Origin: Candidatus Omnitrophota bacterium
Lineage (GTDB): Bacteria; Omnitrophota; Gorgyraeia; Duberdicusellales; 4484-171
Length of the DNA: 64,000 nt
Assembly (NCBI GenBank): GCA_024231025.1
Contig: JAAEQW010000256.1
Location: 66,954-130,953 of the forward strand
Reading direction: 5' to 3'
The translations under genes were made by a program, and so were the position numbers. Below are positions 60,601 through 64,000 of the stretch, one piece after another; the first letter of the stretch is position 1; the number at the start of each line of letters is the position of its first letter. The notes beneath the pieces were generated by a model. The model did no database searches. It saw only the letters and a list, made by a program, of their open reading frames with translations, and had not been told where the DNA came from.

Positions 60601-60961
60601 GTTTACTGTGATGGTTGATGGCGAACTGCCAAGCAGTGCTGATGGTGGAATGCGCTTTGTGAAGAGTAGTTTCTATGATTATCGTCCCGAACAAGTAAGA
60701 GCTGCTCATGCTCAACGCATCGAAGCGGCTAAAAAGCGTGGCGATAGCGCGGCGCTCAATTATTGGAAGAGCTCGGCGGTGATAGATGTTGATGGAGTAG
60801 CAATGGTGGTTGAACCCGGTGAAGCCGGGGTTAACCCAATGTATCGCTATGAAATTCAAACCTTATTCGACGATTACATGGATACAATGATTGGCATAAC
60901 CCGTAGTGGTGCAGGAACTGGACCAACGATACAGATGCGGCCGAATGGGATCGGAAAATAG
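54653..60961 (+). CDS. Giant membrane-anchored protein (2102 aa). The N-terminus carries Gly/Ala-rich glycine-zipper-like hydrophobic segments; a coiled-coil region lies mid-protein.
   Basis: Single 6.3-kb ORF. Segments such as GGGALGGLVTGVFILIGNGG and IGAVAGAAGGAIVGAI; no recognisable enzymatic motif. Confidence 0.75.
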   Translation: MKQKSNKMGSGDRGRFLNFSLSSFKGKKIVSAIVALIFLFNVCTPAYAWRDGNHSHTTSAAAFGGGALGGLVTGVFILIGNGGLTSWGSVVAGAASDITGAIMYYESYDTYDETMTIGGEELDWSLGKVDITITKGQFWSMTAGIIAGCIVGVVGGVASGVKTAAAEAAKEGVKEISSEAIKEVTKTATDIAVETMKNVVVGSMIGAVAGAAGGAIVGAISDGKEGALKGLGKGAVLGAAAGAGGALLTGVLRGIEKVLASTMGDSLAGTIAENVINHTLRNALIKLPVDFACAFGALVVSRTVEEVLVQKHDMDRTLAGMIGGVAGMGARFLTQPVLMQTWTQNNYYMSNRGIVLSAGEKKRLDMVANFKKTLKKSKDKIEVGQIDAKTGEVTQSKTISVSRLADAKYIGSGVFQLENGSQVDINSNGMRGLSPEIMKAVKGYANIVARVDPSMRITGDVARTFGGGAVQDSFFAPIHSVVSVGPRPIISTATQVAILYALDYKTFYGRGDSERGKKKNYRNALKMALARSAGSLAGELSTGWLTQAYNPWSSRPQDMAGFKGWAQHTGRAVAVESGGLLADVAFARMTYAWNLNTAYGLQGLVHLGMSSLVGGTLDTLFREDRMKAEKTVFVEVKDEPEYVDEKKLVKKEPETLSEEEHRERYSAARGWEPDENATKPSKGIYVYTNTKTDETKTYKKQHSVVDVPKGYESAYSKASVGAPRVDIFFICVGMDFANNFKEASINAALMPYPYRSTGTGMGAMAANFENQDRFTRRIAMHMRGVGPVQARAIEAGQALSGQARGRFANSFGYSIANTWLPYRYQSYAAFMPDVDAHLDENVSTPGRESEKLYKDRKETKEQRQKVRQETQEVEKKIATIELSNLDKKSDDTLVALQKRLIELKVQDKALGNKLAQNKKDIQNLRTKTVNAYGDLSPIYFNGGIVNYSVDRRISDYAVVRESIQFTGERSAEEKENAMIHNEDPSQYRSIEVEAKATLERAGDDEEIEISSFQGTYNPSLAGRPLAVEHYSTQLSHGVSVNNLAGALEGAEHPLIVGDGLTITKPDQLDEAKNRLYDIMADDPDAPIYYKELKAEKDLNDQVVEKRAQEQVKGAKASTEKVKPIILVTDKKKRAIAEEMTGIVERLNGAVKGDENAKRNFGSGLIGVMALRRQGNSYYRATWVLGEGDEKKAKVARVIDDLGVSRGGGIKLQHSDKPSLTARTTRDIYGRSIETKEYGWHYDVKEEEIGVSDPQSKRKPGTTTPEKKKVSGNGGYRLVSRDLEGDDKVLKVTKHVYKDSKEAREAAIELSKKMPNWHIQIYENDEIAEIEDDKFLLVEDSPEHSLIAAISPEAAAAGLIPSKIPDDYKIRAAYPRTETTGTWKNVEVATTEYYYGPMGQAMSIRSEDPIKSQRRKKDYSAANIVDVRQLTLRKHEDETGAIRKVELIENVDGEEKVLSEFRGKEGENPFDEAVAYAATLQSPDPTMETVDYDSTGDQHYIVMRDPKTQKITGFATKDSYAKHKDAYAKANELIDGLLQGGGDEALPKDTIFEIYMAHEIGKTKDGQLVILDDEASDAALAEAPVGKYALKPSSLTGRKAPSQGPDDHSPDAVDFGKATVQAASVAKGDDPNVTYAISIYDTKSDLEFVKSLGDGGWTRSPYVGGPSGRLIAQDIHHGPQLLSKNVPYNPNMPSNLLKVVRIHLENRFLQEAGLKELAVDDIDVDTEEIVDEMYDRFVKKAPKFKDRVLDVRGAKGNKEEAYSKVMSNSNYNLGKIANETYNEVVNERFKRAGLNDQAWNTMMQRPITRMESFQFFENKNIAGKTYSLPTWGAKAGYNAARRPNRDVVYDALRPNTMLSATEDYVLQYDAGDRVIDITVVAGETIEDALAREDIFVSRKEYTASKDGRKFAVNKDKTFNEAEYEETGFLSKPKERNIVLGGDKAIRVGPSQSPQEALKEHEIIGTTFISEEDFVNRVVAPNEEMFTVMVDGELPSSADGGMRFVKSSFYDYRPEQVRAAHAQRIEAAKKRGDSAALNYWKSSAVIDVDGVAMVVEPGEAGVNPMYRYEIQTLFDDYMDTMIGITRSGAGTGPTIQMRPNGIGK

Positions 60962-61089
60962 ATGCATAGTTCAAATAAAGAGAGCATAAGTGATTGATTG
61001 TCAAATAGTTATGAGACGAAATGTCCTTTTTTATAAAAAGATGTAAATTTACTTGTTTTTTACTAATATAAGTGTTATAAATGGGTGAA

Positions 61090-61249
61090 GTACGAAAAGG
61101 CAAACCCCGAGTGATCGGGGGGCGCAAAGCCACGGGTCCTGAAGTTAGGTGTATTCTCGCAGATTGCCTAAGGGTGATCTGTCTGTGCACATTTAGTTTG
61201 ACGATAGCCGGGTTACCGAATATTATTGATATTTAGTAACCCGGTTTTC
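61090..61249 (+). promoter_or_regulatory. c-di-GMP-I (GEMM) riboswitch-like element, copy 3, ending in an intrinsic terminator
   Basis: AGGCAAACC-CCGAGTGATCGGGG (P1 with a GUGA GNRA loop) - GGCGCAAAGCC - ACGGGTCC..AGCCGGGTTACCGAA. Terminator CCGGGTTAC..GTAACCCGG plus TTTT at 61208-61249. Confidence 0.7.
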
Positions 61250-61428
61250 ATTTTTCCGCCTTAAGCGGGAAAATGACCCTGAGCACCTCGACCTTGCTCG
61301 GCATAAACTCCGTCGAAGGGTCTTGAGACTTGGTTTCTAAGCGATTGAAACTAAGATTAAAGCGGTTGTGGTAATAGTGTTTTTTGATTGTAGATAGCGG
61401 AAAGTGGAAAAAAGACGTTAAAATCGGC

Positions 61429-61460
61429 GGAAAATGCTTTTGAAAGCATTTTCATTTTTT
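61429..61460 (+). terminator. Intrinsic terminator hairpin GAAAATGCTTT-TGA-AAGCATTTTC plus ATTTTTT
   Basis: 11-bp stem followed by a T-run, between the duplicated riboswitch units. Confidence 0.5.
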
Positions 61461-61524
61461 GCCAAAAAAACGTCTTTTTGGCTTGCTTTCACTTATCTAT
61501 AAATGTTATATATGTATTGCAGAC

Positions 61525-61678
61525 AGCGGTACGAAAAGGCAAACCTCGAGTGATCGGGGGGCGCAAAACCACGGGTCCCAAAATTACGGTTAAAGTAAGA
61601 AATAGCTTTTGGCTGGATTTTGCATTAGGGATAGCCGGGTTACCGAATATTATTGATATTTAGTAACCCGGTTTTTTA
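61525..61678 (+). promoter_or_regulatory. c-di-GMP-I (GEMM) riboswitch-like element, copy 4, with a terminator-type expression platform
   Basis: Same core as copy 3 (GCAAACCTCGAGTGATCGGGGGGCGCAAAACCACGGGTCC). Terminator 61635-61678. Confidence 0.7.
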
Positions 61679-61802
61679 ATGAGACTTGCATTCTGGTAGT
61701 TCAGAATGCGTAGCCGAATTAATCCCGTTTTACGGGATAAGTGAGACTTGGTTTCTAAGCGATTGAAATTGAGATTACAACGATTCGACGATTGTGACTG
61801 CT

Positions 61803-64000
61803 ATGAGAGAAAAACTTAACAATAGAGCGAACTGTGGGGGAAAGGGGGAGGTTTTGAGCCTCTCAATTCCGTTAAAAGAAGAGAACCTCAAAGTTTCCGT
61901 ATCCTTCAAACAGGACACTCCCAACCCCGATGAACCGTACGTAAGCGCTTGGCAAAAGTTTAAAAAGTCACCGCTTTTTAAAGTTGTTGCTTTCACGGTG
62001 CTGTTTATTTTTGTTTTTGAAGACATAACTCGTGCCGCTGGTTTAAGCGCGCCAATTATTCCTGTTCAATCATCTCCAATGATGATGGCTAGCGCTCCTT
62101 TGCCGTTGCGCTTGCTGCCTTTGGTTCATGCTTCTTTTGAAGACGGGGACAGTTCGGGCTGGTCGGCAGTCAACGATTACCAAGATTTTCAAACAACTCC
62201 CTACAGCTACGATGTTTCAATGAGCGGATACCAAATGCAATCTAATAATTTGAGTGCTCAGGACCTGCAACATTCCGAGAATATTCCGCTGGGAGTTACT
62301 TACACCACCCATGGTGCTAATGGTCAGGTTGAATGGATGGGTCAAAGCGTTGCTGGAAAACAGATAATTAACACCTACACCGCTGCTGATGGTCTTGAAA
62401 GGACCACCGGCATAAACATATATTATGACGACCCGGCTAGTATCCAGCAGGATGGTGGCGTGGTTACTTCGGCTCGTTTAGGCGAAGTTTTAATGACACC
62501 TGAGGGCGGCGAAGTCAAAATTGGTTTTAGCGGAAACAGTTATTGGAAGTCTGAAGACGGTGCGCAAGGCTCTACCGCGTTTAAGGTGTCTAAAGAGGAC
62601 GGAGCAGCAACGTTATGGATCGCAGAAAATGGTGGGCTCAGATTTCATGGTAAGCCAACGCAGGACTCTTTTTACCAAATGGATCACAGCGCGATTCGTG
62701 GTGGTGATTTTTCTAGTGCGCCGACTACTTCGTGGAACGCGATCATGGATACGGTTCGCAATCCTGATCCGATAAGAAAACAAGGTGGCGGTTACACCCC
62801 CCATAGCGGTGCTGATCACATTTCAACATTTTCTGTTGTACCGGTTGCCGGTCAAGATGGTAGCGGATTGCAACACATGATTCCGTTTCAAACGAAAGAG
62901 ATGGATAAGTCGGTAATGGCAATTGATATTACCGATGCCGGAGTAACCGTTGGTGCCGGTAGCACGATTGGTTGGGGTTATGGCCCTGGAAAGTCGGTAA
63001 ACGTGGTAGATAATTTTGGCTTTAGGACCAAAGGCGTGGGGATAAAAAACGGGATTGTTGACGGCTCTGTTAGTTTTCATCCGCAAGCAATGCCGGGGCA
63101 GTCTTTGGTTATGCAGACACATAATTTAACCGCGATTAACACCGGTAGAAGTGACCTTTCCTGGGTTGCACGTACTTATGAGACAAATGCTTCCGGCGGT
63201 TTTAGTGATACAACAGCGTACGTTGAATTGGAGGATCACTTTAGCATTGATTCGAACATTGACGGAGCGCTTTATGTGAAAGACTTAAATAAGGCAGCAA
63301 GGGGAGGACAGTCGAATTACGGTGATATTATAAGTAAGAGATTTGATACAAACCAAGTTGGTCATTTGAAAATCACCGAATTTAAAGCAGATACTCAAGG
63401 GTATATGCGGGCAATCGTTGGTCGAGAAGGCCAATACATTGGTGCTCAGGGGATAGATGTAATGCAAAACCGAGTCGGACTCACCGGAGCTGTTAACCGT
63501 GAAGCCGAATACAATAAAACAACGGATATTCTGGATGCGCCAGCGGTGGCTACTTTTGGGAATCTAACCAACAATACCGGTTCATTTGCGGCTAATGACC
63601 CTGACGAATATATAACGTTTACTCCTTATGCTAAATCGCTTGCCCTTGAAGACGGAGCGAAAATTACCTTGCTGGATCCAATTGGTGATGACGCCGATAA
63701 AATTCATTTTATGAACCTAACGGCAAAAGATAACCATGGTTTTATTGACGGTGATCTTATAACTATTGATTACCGTGCCGATAGCGGGATTAGATTAGAA
63801 AATAGTAACACGAGGAGAGAGCTGGTTAATTTTAGAGACATTAATCACGTGGTAACAGTTATCAACCGAGATGTTACGGAGTTGCAGGGGTTTTCTTCAA
63901 TTAAGGTGGGGGCCGAATTTACGCTTTTGAATAACTTAGTTGACGGCGAAGTTGAATATGGAGAAGTTATTAACGCGCCGGTGCACGAAATTGGCAAAAC
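61803..64000 (+). CDS. Large secreted or membrane-anchored protein, 5' partial; it continues beyond the window and is absent from the ORF track
   Basis: ATG 61803 opens a frame with no stop through 64000 (more than 730 codons). There is a signal-anchor VVAFTVLFIFVF, and it lies downstream of riboswitch copy 4. Confidence 0.6.
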   Translation, partial: MREKLNNRANCGGKGEVLSLSIPLKEENLKVSVSFKQDTPNPDEPYVSAWQKFKKSPLFKVVAFTVLFIFVFEDITRAAGLSAPIIPVQSSPMMMASAPLPLRLLPLVHASFEDGDSSGWSAVNDYQDFQTTPYSYDVSMSGYQMQSNNLSAQDLQHSENIPLGVTYTTHGANGQVEWMGQSVAGKQIINTYTAADGLERTTGINIYYDDPASIQQDGGVVTSARLGEVLMTPEGGEVKIGFSGNSYWKSEDGAQGSTAFKVSKEDGAATLWIAENGGLRFHGKPTQDSFYQMDHSAIRGGDFSSAPTTSWNAIMDTVRNPDPIRKQGGGYTPHSGADHISTFSVVPVAGQDGSGLQHMIPFQTKEMDKSVMAIDITDAGVTVGAGSTIGWGYGPGKSVNVVDNFGFRTKGVGIKNGIVDGSVSFHPQAMPGQSLVMQTHNLTAINTGRSDLSWVARTYETNASGGFSDTTAYVELEDHFSIDSNIDGALYVKDLNKAARGGQSNYGDIISKRFDTNQVGHLKITEFKADTQGYMRAIVGREGQYIGAQGIDVMQNRVGLTGAVNREAEYNKTTDILDAPAVATFGNLTNNTGSFAANDPDEYITFTPYAKSLALEDGAKITLLDPIGDDADKIHFMNLTAKDNHGFIDGDLITIDYRADSGIRLENSNTRRELVNFRDINHVVTVINRDVTELQGFSSIKVGAEFTLLNNLVDGEVEYGEVINAPVHEIGK

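Noticed and set aside
60962-61050. Terminator after the giant gene (GAGACGAAATGTCCTTTTTT)
   Set aside because: There is a T-run, but I could not find the complementary arm needed for a stable stem.
1-64000. CRISPR arrays, rRNA and tRNA genes
   Set aside because: No regularly spaced direct repeats with unique spacers were found. The tandem repeats seen are coding or REP-type. No cloverleaf-compatible segments with conserved GTTC..A T-arm context were noticed on manual scanning.

Overview
This is an AT-rich bacterial window with giant genes, many short repeat families and non-canonical pilins, which fits an uncultivated lineage; I do not name a taxon. The housekeeping backbone is ilvB, an HD-GYP gene, ilvN, ilvC, leuA, aroE, a prepilin peptidase, aroC, folC, mnmE and folE, followed by an ECF sigma/anti-sigma pair, a UvrD-like helicase and a PilZ protein. 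The centre of interest is a c-di-GMP-linked surface-appendage region at about 31-51 kb. It holds a Tad/Cpa-like pilus machinery: CpaB, a secretin fused to a TonB C-terminal domain, a CpaE-CpaF fusion ATPase, TadB and TadC. It also holds an array of at least nine small pilin-like genes whose N-termini carry an unusual class-III-like signal (small residue, then invariant Gln at +1 and Glu at +5). There are TadE/TadG-like pseudopilins, a 541-aa Cys-rich protein with a pilin-like N-terminus, and four copies of a structured leader that I read as c-di-GMP-I (GEMM) riboswitch aptamers. One GEMM copy precedes the pilin operon, one precedes a 2102-aa giant membrane protein, and a tandem duplicated pair precedes a large partial ORF missing from the ORF track. 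A second giant gene (2417 aa) has two HSP90/sacsin-like GHKL ATPase modules and an HEXXH motif, follows an outer-membrane beta-barrel C-terminus, and is bracketed by 75-bp direct repeats. Three distinct REP-associated tyrosine transposase (RAYT / IS200-like) genes each sit with their own palindromic REP family: one intact, one inside a REP-doublet-bounded 1.3-kb unit, and one truncated with two internally deleted remnants elsewhere. Other repeats include a hairpin-forming inverted-repeat element in three copies, a ~170-bp TIR-bearing element in two copies, and a 34-bp tandem repeat between ilvC and leuA. I found no CRISPR array, rRNA or tRNA.
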